Source of the DNA: a virus
Strand: one strand, 5' to 3'
Length of the DNA: 64,000 bases
Virus record (IMG/VR): IMGVR_UViG_3300045988_072432
In this document: in pieces, positions 37,247 through 46,478 of the stretch
Numbering within the stretch: the first letter of the stretch is position 1
How the letters are laid out: each line of letters starts with the position of its first letter
Made by a program: the position numbers and the translations under genes
The notes under the pieces: model-generated
The model's input: only the letters and a program-made list of their open reading frames with translations
What the model was told of the DNA's origin: nothing
Database searches by the model: none

Positions 37247-37662
37247 ATTTTTACCTTTTTAGGGTTCGAAGGTTTTTTGTCTTGTTTACTACGGTAAGGA
37301 TTATTAGGCCTTGGGTCATTTTGGATAATCCCCTTCTGTTCTTCGATTAACTTTTGTACCTCAGGGAATAATTTTTTCCTCAATGGTACTACCTGCGTAG
37401 CGAAAAAGGCATTCCATAATTTCTGAGTAAATGGTTCCCCTACCTTAAGTTTCGAAATTGCCCAGAATTTAGTTTCGAAATTCTTTATTATTTCCTTAAA
37501 CCGATAGTAATAGATATATCCACACTTTGGATTTATACCTATGGTGGTGTTTTGGCAATAATCTAGAAAATCTTTACCTAATTCGGATATAAACTCTTCC
37601 CTTTTGAAATCATAATTCTCTTGATCGAGTTTAAATAGTTTGACATAATCTATTGCTTCCAT
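37228..37662 (-). CDS. early hypothetical protein
   Basis: 144-aa ORF with a basic C-terminus. Confidence 0.55.
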   Translation of the reverse strand: MEAIDYVKLFKLDQENYDFKREEFISELGKDFLDYCQNTTIGINPKCGYIYYYRFKEIIKNFETKFWAISKLKVGEPFTQKLWNAFFATQVVPLRKKLFPEVQKLIEEQKGIIQNDPRPNNPYRSKQDKKPSNPKKVKIWQRKS

Positions 37663-37668
37663 ATAACT

Positions 37669-38082
37669 TTACTTTGTGATTATTAACTTGGGATATTCAT
37701 CAGTTATCTGAAATAAATATCCCCTTATATCATCCTCATAGTATGAGGACCAATAAACCCTTCTAATTCGAAAATTATCAAGGATTGCCCCTTTCGGTAT
37801 ACCCGTAACATAAAGCCTATGCTTAGGCATCATTGGAGTTATTTCAAATTCACCAGTAGTAAGTAAATTACCATAGGTACCATAATCTGGCATATTACCA
37901 GTAAAACCTGTAGGTTGTAATACATCCATTACTAAGGTGGTTTGTGGTAATTCTCTTTGATTACATTTTATTATCAATTTCGATTTACCTATATATAGGT
38001 CTTTTACTATTGTCCCAAACATTTGTATATAATTATGTGAGTGATACCATTCTTCTTGAAGTAGAATTGGTTCTGTGAACAT
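37669..38082 (-). CDS. early hypothetical protein
   Basis: 137-aa ORF. Confidence 0.5.
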   Translation of the reverse strand: MFTEPILLQEEWYHSHNYIQMFGTIVKDLYIGKSKLIIKCNQRELPQTTLVMDVLQPTGFTGNMPDYGTYGNLLTTGEFEITPMMPKHRLYVTGIPKGAILDNFRIRRVYWSSYYEDDIRGYLFQITDEYPKLIITK

Positions 38083-38306
38083 TCTTCTAACTTCTTTAAT
38101 TCTCGACGAGATTCAGTACAAACCCTTTCTGACTTCCGAAGTATATCAGAAATATTATCCCAGATTGGTGCCATTGGTTCTACTGGACCTGCATAAACAA
38201 TTTTGTGTTTAGCATCAATCTGAGGATATTTGGATTTATACTGGTATTTACCTTTGCAGTAAAGTACGTTATATCTTTCGATTCCGTTTCTTTTTTCGTT
38301 TTCCAT
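38007..38306 (-). CDS. early hypothetical protein
   Basis: 99-aa ORF. Confidence 0.45.
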   Translation of the reverse strand: MENEKRNGIERYNVLYCKGKYQYKSKYPQIDAKHKIVYAGPVEPMAPIWDNISDILRKSERVCTESRRELKKLEECSQNQFYFKKNGITHIIIYKCLGQ

Positions 38307-38568
38307 TTTTGTTATTGTCTATGTAATCGGATATATCATCAAGCTGCCCTAATAGCAATGCTTGAATAAAGATGTGTATAGGCCTAAAAAAGAAGCTCCT
38401 TACGTTATGAGGGTTAATATACCAATCATAAACTATGAAGAACTTCTTTATCTTAGAATGCTTAAGTGAATGCTGAACTAGCCAAGACTTACAACAACGT
38501 TTATGTAATTCGACAAGTTCTTTATCCTGTTTAAGCATCTCCTTATCAGAGAAGATAGTGTAATCCAT
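38269..38568 (-). CDS. early hypothetical protein
   Basis: 99-aa ORF. Confidence 0.45.
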   Translation of the reverse strand: MDYTIFSDKEMLKQDKELVELHKRCCKSWLVQHSLKHSKIKKFFIVYDWYINPHNVRSFFFRPIHIFIQALLLGQLDDISDYIDNNKNGKRKKKRNRKI

Positions 38569-38624
38569 TTTGTATGAATTAAAGTGCCCAGGTTATTTAT
38601 CCCAGGCACTTGGTTAGTAAAGGG

Positions 38625-39119
38625 TTATGCAACTTGTTCTGGTTTGAGAACCTTTTTCTTAAAGTCCTCGTATGCCTTAGCCGCTGCCTTGAATTCCTTT
38701 GAGTTAGAATCTTTGATACGAGCCATGGCAAGTTCCAATCGATGGAGTTCATTACGGGTTTGTTGTCTCCATTTCTTCCGGGCAAGTGTGTCTACTACAT
38801 CCTCGGGATATACATATTTTACTTCTCGGTTGGAGATTACCTGTTCAATGATGGAGGGTTTCTGTTGTTCTTTTACCTCCTTGACTACCTGTTCTTTTTT
38901 AGATTTGGCAAGCTTTGCATTTGGGGTAAGTTCTACCAATTTAGCATTGGCAAAAGATTTGGCAGCTTCTTGAGCATTTTCTACCAATTCCTTTTTAGTC
39001 TTTTTGGCCTTTTCTTTAGAAGCCTTAGAAGTTGTGGACTTTGCATTCTTAATGCCTTCAAGTTGTTCTGCAACCTTGTTGCTGATAAGGTTAGTAACCT
39101 TGTTTTCATTCTTTTTCAT
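38625..39119 (-). CDS. lysine-rich protein
   Basis: 164 aa, K/E/A-rich (…KSTTSKASKEKAKKTKKEL…). Promoter box 39 nt upstream. Confidence 0.6.
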   Translation of the reverse strand: MKKNENKVTNLISNKVAEQLEGIKNAKSTTSKASKEKAKKTKKELVENAQEAAKSFANAKLVELTPNAKLAKSKKEQVVKEVKEQQKPSIIEQVISNREVKYVYPEDVVDTLARKKWRQQTRNELHRLELAMARIKDSNSKEFKAAAKAYEDFKKKVLKPEQVA

Positions 39120-39157
39120 AATGTCTATATTAAAATGTTAGTAAATTGATTTCTCTA

Positions 39158-39168
39158 TGCAAATATAA
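39158..39168 (-). promoter_or_regulatory. -7 box TATATTTG (extended TTATATTTGCA)
   Basis: tgcaaatataa upstream of 38625..39119. Confidence 0.45.
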
Positions 39169-39222
39169 GAATAATCTTTTTAATACAAAAATAAATCGAA
39201 TAAATTTTTATATTTGCTAAGG

Positions 39223-39711
39223 TTAATCGGCTAGGAAGTCAAAGACCTCTGGAGGATAGTTAATTTCGTCCTCTGGGTCATTGATGTAATCTTCGTATTC
39301 CTCGTTATATCTATCATAAATGTTTTCGGTTTTAGTATTAGGTACCCGAGTACATTTTTCAGGATATTTCTTTACGAATTCGTAGGCTTCTTCGGTAGTC
39401 ATTATCTTATCCGATGTAAATTCGTAGGTTACATAAGAATAGGATTCACCCAATCTAGAAACTTCATATTGCTGGTATCCAGATTTCTCAATCTTATATA
39501 ATTGATTTTCTGGAATCGTCTCTATTTCTACCCTATATTTATACCATTGCTTAGATATCTTGGGTTTTATATCTAATGGCTTGGGCCTATTAAACTCAGA
39601 AGGAGCAATGATCACTTTTTCTGTAGGGGCATTATATTTAGTCCCCAAGTAAAGTAGCATTGCTCCTATGGTAATTAAAAGACTTTTTGTAACCTTAGTT
39701 CCTGAGTTCAT
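39223..39711 (-). CDS. N-terminally anchored/secreted hypothetical protein
   Basis: 162 aa with an N-terminal hydrophobic segment LLITIGAMLLYLG. Confidence 0.55.
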   Translation of the reverse strand: MNSGTKVTKSLLITIGAMLLYLGTKYNAPTEKVIIAPSEFNRPKPLDIKPKISKQWYKYRVEIETIPENQLYKIEKSGYQQYEVSRLGESYSYVTYEFTSDKIMTTEEAYEFVKKYPEKCTRVPNTKTENIYDRYNEEYEDYINDPEDEINYPPEVFDFLAD

Positions 39712-39961
39712 ATCCGGTAGTTTTAAACTTATCCTTGATATTACTGTTCAAGTATTTACCTTTGGATTCTGATTGGTGTAAACCATTGCAGATTTCATAG
39801 GGTACCTTATCATAGCGATATACTCGGTTATTTTTAAAAGCAACCCAAAGTTGTTGTTTCTTTGAGTCGTAACCAAAGCCCTCAATGTTAGAGGATTCGC
39901 AGGGAATCATTTCAACCTCGGTGTTCATTTCTACTGATTCTAAGTATTCGTTCTTCTCCAT
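39695..39961 (-). CDS. KTSC-domain protein
   Basis: SSNIEGFGYDSKKQQLWVAFKNNRVYRYDKVPYEICNGLHQSESKGKYLN matches the KTSC domain pattern. Confidence 0.55.
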   Translation of the reverse strand: MEKNEYLESVEMNTEVEMIPCESSNIEGFGYDSKKQQLWVAFKNNRVYRYDKVPYEICNGLHQSESKGKYLNSNIKDKFKTTGYELRN

Positions 39962-39968
39962 GTCTGTA

Positions 39969-40340
39969 TTAAATTTTTAAAAGTGTTAATTCTGGGTGAA
40001 ATTTGAGATTGGCTTTCTGGAAAATTGCCCAAGTACCAAGTACTCCCTGGGAATTGTTATGTACCCATTCATCTTCCATTCTGAATAATATGTGTGAGCA
40101 TACTAACATCTGATATTCGCTTAGCATATTTATCAGTTGAGGAGTATTCTCAATCTCTGTATATAATTCGATATGTTCATCTAATGCCCTTATAATCTCG
40201 TCATTGTCAATTTGAAGAAGTTTCTTTATTAGGTCTTGGGCAATATTATTCCCATTAGAAATATCCTCCTTCAAAGAGTTTAGTGATTCGATTTGAATAC
40301 CAGCGATGAGTTTTACAATGTCTTTTGTTTCTTTGTCCAT
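39969..40340 (-). CDS. early hypothetical protein
   Basis: 123-aa ORF with a promoter box at 40358. Confidence 0.55.
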   Translation of the reverse strand: MDKETKDIVKLIAGIQIESLNSLKEDISNGNNIAQDLIKKLLQIDNDEIIRALDEHIELYTEIENTPQLINMLSEYQMLVCSHILFRMEDEWVHNNSQGVLGTWAIFQKANLKFHPELTLLKI

Positions 40341-40357
40341 AATTAAATTTTTCTTTA

Positions 40358-40368
40358 TGCAAATATAC
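40358..40368 (-). promoter_or_regulatory. -7 box TATATTTG
   Basis: tgcaaatatac lies 17 nt upstream of the ATG at 40340. Confidence 0.35.
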
Positions 40369-40417
40369 TAAAATTATTTTATATAAAATATCTTTTCAAT
40401 AAATACTGAGGTAAGTG

Positions 40418-41260
40418 TTAGCGGTTCTTGATTTCCTCGATCTTTTCCTTGATTGAGTCAGGGAATATAGCATCATCTACCCATCGCATAAAGAATTTAG
40501 ATGGCTTTTTCTCTGGATTTAGAAGTAATTGTCTTTGCTCTGTAGAGAACTTGATTCGTTCATCTTCCCTCATATATTTGGGCAATTTAGTAAATTCTGC
40601 TTGAGAGAAAGATATTACATTCTTACCCACTTGAGCCCTTAATGGTTTCCTCCTTTCTTTATAAAGGTACGGAATAATCTTTTTCGATGGTCCACCAAGA
40701 ATGCTGAAACCGAAGATGACCATCGGATCAAATTTATCTGCCTTGGGATCTTTGGCTCGTTTGATACATCTTGCCATCCAGGAGAATGAATTGGGATATT
40801 GCTTATTGTCGGTTGCTTCTCCAACATCCTTTTTATCGAATTCAAATCCGGGAAAGTGATAAAGAAAGTCCTCTGTAAGGATAAATATAAACCCTAATTC
40901 TCTTAGGTATTTAATAATCTCCTGTTGGCTTTTACCTTCTTCAACCATTTTCTCTACATCTGCAAGAATATCCTCCCTTGGTGATTCAAGATTTTTAATT
41001 GTAGTCCCTGCAGGTCTTCCTCTACCAGCAGTTGGTGCCTTAGCGGGTAATACTCCAGTTAGCCTATCTAAGTATTCTTTAAAGTTATCTATATCTTGTT
41101 TATTTGTGAGAGTTACTTCTACTCTTACGGGACCCTTATGCTGTACCTTTGGACCTGAGTTCATCTCAGTATAAGCATCTACTAACCTATCTGATAAAGG
41201 GGTACCATTCTCTGATAGTGTAGTGATTCTCAGTTTTGGTTTATATACTTCTTGTTCCAT
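40418..41260 (-). CDS. AT-hook-containing protein
   Basis: Track ORF trimmed to MEQEVYKP, because the terminator hairpin at 41281..41319 occupies the first 12 codons. Contains TAGRGRPAGT (RGRP AT-hook core). Confidence 0.55.
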   Translation of the reverse strand: MEQEVYKPKLRITTLSENGTPLSDRLVDAYTEMNSGPKVQHKGPVRVEVTLTNKQDIDNFKEYLDRLTGVLPAKAPTAGRGRPAGTTIKNLESPREDILADVEKMVEEGKSQQEIIKYLRELGFIFILTEDFLYHFPGFEFDKKDVGEATDNKQYPNSFSWMARCIKRAKDPKADKFDPMVIFGFSILGGPSKKIIPYLYKERRKPLRAQVGKNVISFSQAEFTKLPKYMREDERIKFSTEQRQLLLNPEKKPSKFFMRWVDDAIFPDSIKEKIEEIKNR

Positions 41261-41280
41261 ATAATTAAGTGTGGGTAAAT

Positions 41281-41319
41281 AAAAAGGCCTGAACAAAGTA
41301 ATATTGCCAGGCCTTTTTT
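41281..41319 (-). terminator. rho-independent (bidirectional) terminator
   Basis: 11-bp stem aaaaaggcctg / caggccttttt with flanking A and T runs. Lies after the stop of 41350..41940. Confidence 0.65.
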
Positions 41320-41349
41320 CATTATTAACGAATACTTATATAAAAGGGA

Positions 41350-41892
41350 TTAATCCTCTTCTTTTACGGCCTTTTTCTTCTTTTTATCTTTGGCCTTCTT
41401 TTCTTTCTTTTCCGAAGCTGGTTTTTCTTTTACCTTCTTCTCCTTTTTCTCTTTGGTTTCCTTCGGTTCCTTGGGAGTCTTTCCTGAAGCAAGCTTTCTT
41501 TGCTCCATACGATATTTCTTTTTTTCGGCAGAAGTCATTTCTCTACCATCAATAAGAGGGTAATCGTATTTAGTAGCAGTTTTACCGGCAGATTTCTTTT
41601 CCTTCTTCTCTTTGGTTTCAGATTCCTCTTTCTTGCCTTTTTCTTTACTGAGTTTTACCAATTTCTTGGTATTCTCCTTGTCACCTTCTGGGTAAGCAGC
41701 AGCTACCTTGTCCCGTTCTTTGTTGAGCTTATTTACAAGTTCGGTAACCTTTTTACCATGTTTCTTGTCCTTGGTCCAATCCTTAGTCGGGTCCAACTTG
41801 TTCTCTTTAAGGTAAGCATCTAAAGCTTTCTTTGCCTTGGTGAGTTCCGGAGTCTTAGATTCCGGTTTGCTCTTCTTGTCTTTCTTAGCCAT
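41350..41892 (-). CDS. highly lysine-rich (KEKKEKK) protein
   Basis: Track ORF trimmed to MAKKDKKSKPE. About 180 aa dominated by K/E repeats. Confidence 0.55.
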   Translation of the reverse strand: MAKKDKKSKPESKTPELTKAKKALDAYLKENKLDPTKDWTKDKKHGKKVTELVNKLNKERDKVAAAYPEGDKENTKKLVKLSKEKGKKEESETKEKKEKKSAGKTATKYDYPLIDGREMTSAEKKKYRMEQRKLASGKTPKEPKETKEKKEKKVKEKPASEKKEKKAKDKKKKKAVKEED

Positions 41893-41942
41893 TTTCTTTA
41901 TATTTGGTGAATAATGAATTTCCGATTTACATAATACCATAG

Positions 41943-42311
41943 TTATACTTCCCTAATTTGGGTTGGGATTTCTTTAATTTCTAGGATTTCTACACTTGCA
42001 TTTTCCATAATAGCCCTTATTTGTAATATGTCTACTACCTCTTGCTGAGTAAGATTAGTAAAAGTTTGTTCGTAAGTTTTATCCCCAACCTGATAAGTGA
42101 CAGTGATTATAATACCATTAAGTTTTCGATTTAGTTTATCCATTAGGCCTTTTAACTTCCTCTGAAGATAACTGATCCTTAACTTATGTTTTTGCCAATC
42201 TCCTTTCTTACCCTTTTCAAATGCTACTCTTTTTTGATAATGAGTAAACTGTATATCATTAACTGTCATCTTAAGACTTGATAAGAGAGTTCTTATACTT
42301 ATTTCTTCCAT
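41943..42311 (-). CDS. early hypothetical protein
   Basis: 122-aa ORF. Confidence 0.55.
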   Translation of the reverse strand: MEEISIRTLLSSLKMTVNDIQFTHYQKRVAFEKGKKGDWQKHKLRISYLQRKLKGLMDKLNRKLNGIIITVTYQVGDKTYEQTFTNLTQQEVVDILQIRAIMENASVEILEIKEIPTQIREV

Positions 42312-42520
42312 TTGGGTCTTTGTATTACTGGGTTAACTACTTCCTGGATTTCTTCTGATAGCATCTCCTTTGCCTCATGTATGATATTGATTGCAAGTTC
42401 CCTTTCATCTGATTCCAGGTTTAATTCTTTATCTTCTAGTGCATCAGTATAAGTATTTATTAAATTATCTAATGCAAGTATTCGAATATTCTTTCGAATT
42501 GCTAATTTCTCTTTATCCAT
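42299..42520 (-). CDS. early hypothetical protein
   Basis: 73-aa ORF. Confidence 0.45.
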   Translation of the reverse strand: MDKEKLAIRKNIRILALDNLINTYTDALEDKELNLESDERELAINIIHEAKEMLSEEIQEVVNPVIQRPKWKK

Positions 42521-42664
42521 GGGTAATAAAATTAAAGCCCACTACCCTCACAGGCAATGAGCTTTACGATGAACAACGTCCTAAGTGTGTAGTGTTGTTT
42601 ACCTTTTCTTTATTATGAGATTAAACTTGATTTAGCAGATAGATTTTTTAGGATGTGCCAAAAA

Positions 42665-43039
42665 TTAATCTTCTGTTTCGGACTCTTCGTTTTTGTCCTT
42701 CTTGTTTTTCGGAGAACAAATAACTCCATGGCCCTTCTTTGATTTTACAGTAAGATTGCCCGGAACGAAAGCAACCGAAGTAGATACCGGTTTACCCTCA
42801 GTAACCAAAACTGAAGTAACTACTACTCCCTGATAGCCCTCCTTGTTCTTTACGGCATAACCAAAGTTCATTACCTTGGATTTGTCGTTGATTGCAATGA
42901 TGTCAATTTGCTTACTGTTAGGACGTTGTTCAGCAGGTCTGTTTTTCAGAGCCTCTTGACGAGCTTTACGTTTTGCTTCCTTTTCAGCGTCTTTCTTTTC
43001 GTCACCTTTTTTCTTGGTGTCAGCTTTCTTTGTTGCCAT
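42665..43039 (-). CDS. protein with lysine-rich N-terminal tail
   Basis: 124 aa: MATKKADTKKKGDEKKDAEKEAKRKARQEALK..., then a beta-rich core. Confidence 0.6.
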   Translation of the reverse strand: MATKKADTKKKGDEKKDAEKEAKRKARQEALKNRPAEQRPNSKQIDIIAINDKSKVMNFGYAVKNKEGYQGVVVTSVLVTEGKPVSTSVAFVPGNLTVKSKKGHGVICSPKNKKDKNEESETED

Positions 43040-43082
43040 TTCTTTTAATTTTTAATGTTATGTTACTAAATAGTTTTTAAAA

Positions 43083-43114
43083 GGGAAGGTCATCCCTTGG
43101 GTCGTCTCCTTCCC
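43083..43114 (-). terminator. rho-independent terminator
   Basis: 7-bp stem gggaagg / ccttccc, then UUUU on the minus strand. Lies after the stop of 43142..43621. Confidence 0.5.
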
Positions 43115-43141
43115 AGTAATATTTCCTTCCCTCATAGTCTC

Positions 43142-43621
<480 letters not shown>

Positions 43622-43661
43622 TTTCGTAATGTTTAAGTTGGTTAATAAATTAATAAATATA

Positions 43662-43895
43662 TCACTCTGTTATAAGTTTCTGATAATTACCGTTTCCGGG
43701 ATTTTCGTTATCACTGTTAAATTGTTTAATCTCATCTAGAGTTGTTTTCAATTCTATTTGAGATTCTATAGTTACCACTTCGGATTTAATCTCCTTATGG
43801 TATTTATCATAAGTTACCTTTTTAAATATCTTACCTATGAAAGGATTAATAGGTCCATGGGTTACTAAACCCACCTTTGATAGTTTATCGTTCAT
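43662..43895 (-). CDS. early hypothetical protein
   Basis: 77-aa ORF. Confidence 0.45.
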   Translation of the reverse strand: MNDKLSKVGLVTHGPINPFIGKIFKKVTYDKYHKEIKSEVVTIESQIELKTTLDEIKQFNSDNENPGNGNYQKLITE

Positions 43896-44520
43896 TGCTA
43901 TATCTAATTTTGGTTATTCCAGGAATACCAACCTTTCCAAATACTTCGGTATAGGATAGATATTTTCCCTTTTTCATTGTTTTATAGTTATCTGATAATC
44001 GAATTGGGTATACCCATATCTTATTTTCTATCAACCTGTTGGTCATTATATAAGCATAAGAACTTCTAAGTTTAATGCTTTCTAATGATATAAACCCTTG
44101 AAATACAAGAGACTTCTTGATAAACCTTTCTTTTGGCAGATATCCGATAAATTTAAGTGATGCCTCATCAAATATGTCAATCATATCTCTTTGTGCTTTA
44201 ATAAATAGTACCTTCTGTATTGGGATATTCATTTTCTTTCTCAAATATAAAGCTAATGAGCTTACCAATGGAGGGTACTGCAAGAAAAGTATATTGAACC
44301 TATGTCTTTCCTCTGGAGAAAGCTTGTTGTAAATCCTGTAAGATAGCAAGACGGACCTGTAATCTCTTAGCGTGGAGATGCTCGGTAGATATGCCTTGCC
44401 GTTGTCCATAGAGTTTAATTGAGTATCTTTCATCGAATGCCTTTTTTCCTTTAGACTTAAAGACTCGGTGCATTTGAACCATAAATCTTCTTCGTCGGTG
44501 TTTATCAATATGATATTCAT
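43885..44520 (-). CDS. hypothetical protein, 3' partner of a possibly frameshifted gene
   Basis: 211-aa ORF. Overlaps 44300..44911 by 221 nt and lies in the +1 frame relative to it. Confidence 0.4.
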   Translation of the reverse strand: MNIILINTDEEDLWFKCTESLSLKEKRHSMKDTQLNSMDNGKAYLPSISTLRDYRSVLLSYRIYNKLSPEERHRFNILFLQYPPLVSSLALYLRKKMNIPIQKVLFIKAQRDMIDIFDEASLKFIGYLPKERFIKKSLVFQGFISLESIKLRSSYAYIMTNRLIENKIWVYPIRLSDNYKTMKKGKYLSYTEVFGKVGIPGITKIRYSNER

Positions 44521-44911
44521 CGGGTATTATGAATTTCTTCGCTTGTACAAATTTACCCTTGTACCAAAATTTAGTATATCCCCATTTATATCGGGTACCG
44601 TTCATATCGGATAATTCTTTAATACCATGCCTTATTAGTTTCCTTCCAGATATTATATGGATATATTGAAGAACATCAACTCCATAAAGATAAACTAAAG
44701 TAACTTTTACGTGATGTCTAGTGAAATATGGGATACCAGTTAAGTGTTTCCTATATAGACTTTTTTCAGTTATATACTTGTTGGTGGTATCTGGTCTCCA
44801 AGTCCAAATATAATACCTATCGGGTCGTATCGGTTCGTTATTTCCCTCCCTTAGTTTTACCATTGATATTCCTTTTTGCCATTCTATACCAAAGGTTAAT
44901 CGATTTCTCAT
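44300..44911 (-). CDS. hypothetical protein, 5' partner of a possibly frameshifted gene
   Basis: 203-aa ORF. The A6 run (plus T6 at 44442..44447) lies inside the overlap. Confidence 0.4.
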   Translation of the reverse strand: MRNRLTFGIEWQKGISMVKLREGNNEPIRPDRYYIWTWRPDTTNKYITEKSLYRKHLTGIPYFTRHHVKVTLVYLYGVDVLQYIHIISGRKLIRHGIKELSDMNGTRYKWGYTKFWYKGKFVQAKKFIIPDEYHIDKHRRRRFMVQMHRVFKSKGKKAFDERYSIKLYGQRQGISTEHLHAKRLQVRLAILQDLQQAFSRGKT

Positions 44912-45419
44912 TTGCCTCAGGGAATTTTTTCTTCATTCTCCGAATAATCCTATCAAGTTCAAAACCCTTTGCAGTCAATTCAAATACATAAGATTTTTTA
45001 GTACCCTTGATAAGATTGAATTCATCTCTTTCTCTTGGAGGTTTCTTTTCCCGAGGTTTCTTTATCCCTGGTACCCGTTTTGTTCTTCTTTGCCCATTTT
45101 CCCCCTCTTCTCCAAGAAACCCAAGCCTTAATCGAGAATTCCTTAGTGGATCATCCTTTGAATAACCAATATTCTCTAATTGCTTATCCATCCAATCATC
45201 ATATTTATCTATTAAGGATCTGTCTGGTTTTTCTTCTGAAACATTTATAAAATGAAGTAGATCAAATACTCCAGCAGAGCAAGCATCAGGAAAAGGCATA
45301 CCAAGTATGATAGCCTTTCTCTTTAGATCCTTGTAAGTCATGTTTCTCCCTGATGCACCAAGGAAATTCGATTTCTCTTTGGAGGGAGCTTTCAGGTCTT
45401 TTCTACTCTTTTTTGCCAT
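44838..45419 (-). CDS. basic hypothetical protein
   Basis: 193 aa: MAKKSRKDLK... The promoter in the 57-bp repeat lies 35 nt upstream. Confidence 0.6.
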   Translation of the reverse strand: MAKKSRKDLKAPSKEKSNFLGASGRNMTYKDLKRKAIILGMPFPDACSAGVFDLLHFINVSEEKPDRSLIDKYDDWMDKQLENIGYSKDDPLRNSRLRLGFLGEEGENGQRRTKRVPGIKKPREKKPPRERDEFNLIKGTKKSYVFELTAKGFELDRIIRRMKKKFPEANEKSINLWYRMAKRNINGKTKGGK

Positions 45420-45453
45420 ATATTTAATATTTTAAAGTATTCATTAATTCACT

Positions 45454-45510
45454 TGCAAATATAAATATAATATTTGAATTATATACTATATTTCTATTTC
45501 TTTTTATAAA
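45454..45510 (-). repeat. 57-bp exact direct repeat, copy 2 (contains -7 box)
   Basis: Identical to 32429..32485. Overlaps the 3' end of 45494..46474. Confidence 0.9.
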
Positions 45511-46474
45511 AATCCGAGGTTTTTGCCCGTTCTACGGCAGTAGATTTAGGTTTCTTCGGTTTTCTGTGTGTATGGATATTATATGCCATGTCTAATTTCT
45601 TTATATTGAATTCTATGTTGTTCACTTGATTATAGTTTACTGCTCTTTCCACACAGCATCTGTACTCTGGCCAGAATTTTTGCCCGAGCTTTACTGTACC
45701 AGTTTTAATCATAAACTTAGATACCATGAAACCAAAAGTATCAGCATCATCTTTAGTTTCAAATACATACATATAAAATCTACTAAACTCACTGACTACT
45801 TCTTCTAGTGGCCTCACAGGTAATAGTAGATAACCATCAGTATATAAGTCCTCAGATATTAGAGCTACCCAATATTTCTTTTTACCTGGTTTCACTTTAT
45901 ATCTAAACCTCTCTTTAAGTTTAGTGTGCATCCAGTCGGGTATTCTATTAAGGAGATATTTGATGTATATCTTATCCTTTTTATTCGACCTCCTTTTAAA
46001 TGCAGAAGGCTGTTGTAGCATCCTGGGTAGTATTCTAAAATTATTCCACCTATCAAATTCAAGAATTAATCTTAGAGTATCTATATCCCATTCATCGTCA
46101 GACTCTTTTAACCTCCTCATATTCCTCTCTATATTCTTAGAGTTTACTTTTGGGAGTAATTGAGTAGAGTCCCCAGTATATATACTGGCATCTTTTCTCT
46201 TTAATCTTTTCTCTAAACATCCCTCCATATAATCTTGGAAGTTTCTCTCACAGGGACAATCTGGTCGAAAGATAGAAGTGTGTTTCTCAAAAAAATCCGA
46301 GAATAGCCTAAAGAATTTTTCTGACCGTTCTCGGATTTCAAGATACTTGTAATGAGATAACTTTAAAATTTCACCAGCTTCCCATGAAGATTTACTTTCG
46401 GATAATTGAAGGAATAATGACTGTTGTTCTTTATCAATTAAACAACTCCAGGCTTTTTGTTGAGCTTCGTTCAT
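45494..46474 (-). CDS. HTH (sigma-70 region-4-like) transcription regulator (putative)
   Basis: N-terminal LFLQLSESKSSWEAGEILKLSHYKYLEIRERSEKFF resembles a region-4/LuxR HTH. Adjacent to the NusG-like gene. Confidence 0.3.
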   Translation of the reverse strand: MNEAQQKAWSCLIDKEQQSLFLQLSESKSSWEAGEILKLSHYKYLEIRERSEKFFRLFSDFFEKHTSIFRPDCPCERNFQDYMEGCLEKRLKRKDASIYTGDSTQLLPKVNSKNIERNMRRLKESDDEWDIDTLRLILEFDRWNNFRILPRMLQQPSAFKRRSNKKDKIYIKYLLNRIPDWMHTKLKERFRYKVKPGKKKYWVALISEDLYTDGYLLLPVRPLEEVVSEFSRFYMYVFETKDDADTFGFMVSKFMIKTGTVKLGQKFWPEYRCCVERAVNYNQVNNIEFNIKKLDMAYNIHTHRKPKKPKSTAVERAKTSDFYKKK

Positions 46475-46478
46475 AACA

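Noticed and set aside
38584-39149. Plus-strand ORFs 38584..38973 and 38742..39149.
   Set aside because: They are antisense to the lysine-rich gene 38625..39119, which has a promoter box and fits the operon. Their products are Phe/Leu/Ser low-complexity.
39209-39216. Plus-strand TATATTTG box pointing antisense into 39223..39711.
   Set aside because: The 8-mer alone is expected many times by chance in this AT-rich sequence. There is no extended motif and no downstream plus-strand ORF.
44436-44450. Classical -1 slippery heptamer A_AAA_AAG in the zero frame of 44300..44911.
   Set aside because: After a -1 slip the frame reads GGC ATT CGA TGA and stops after three codons. It cannot join to the downstream ORF, which is in the +1 frame. 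At most it would give a truncated product.
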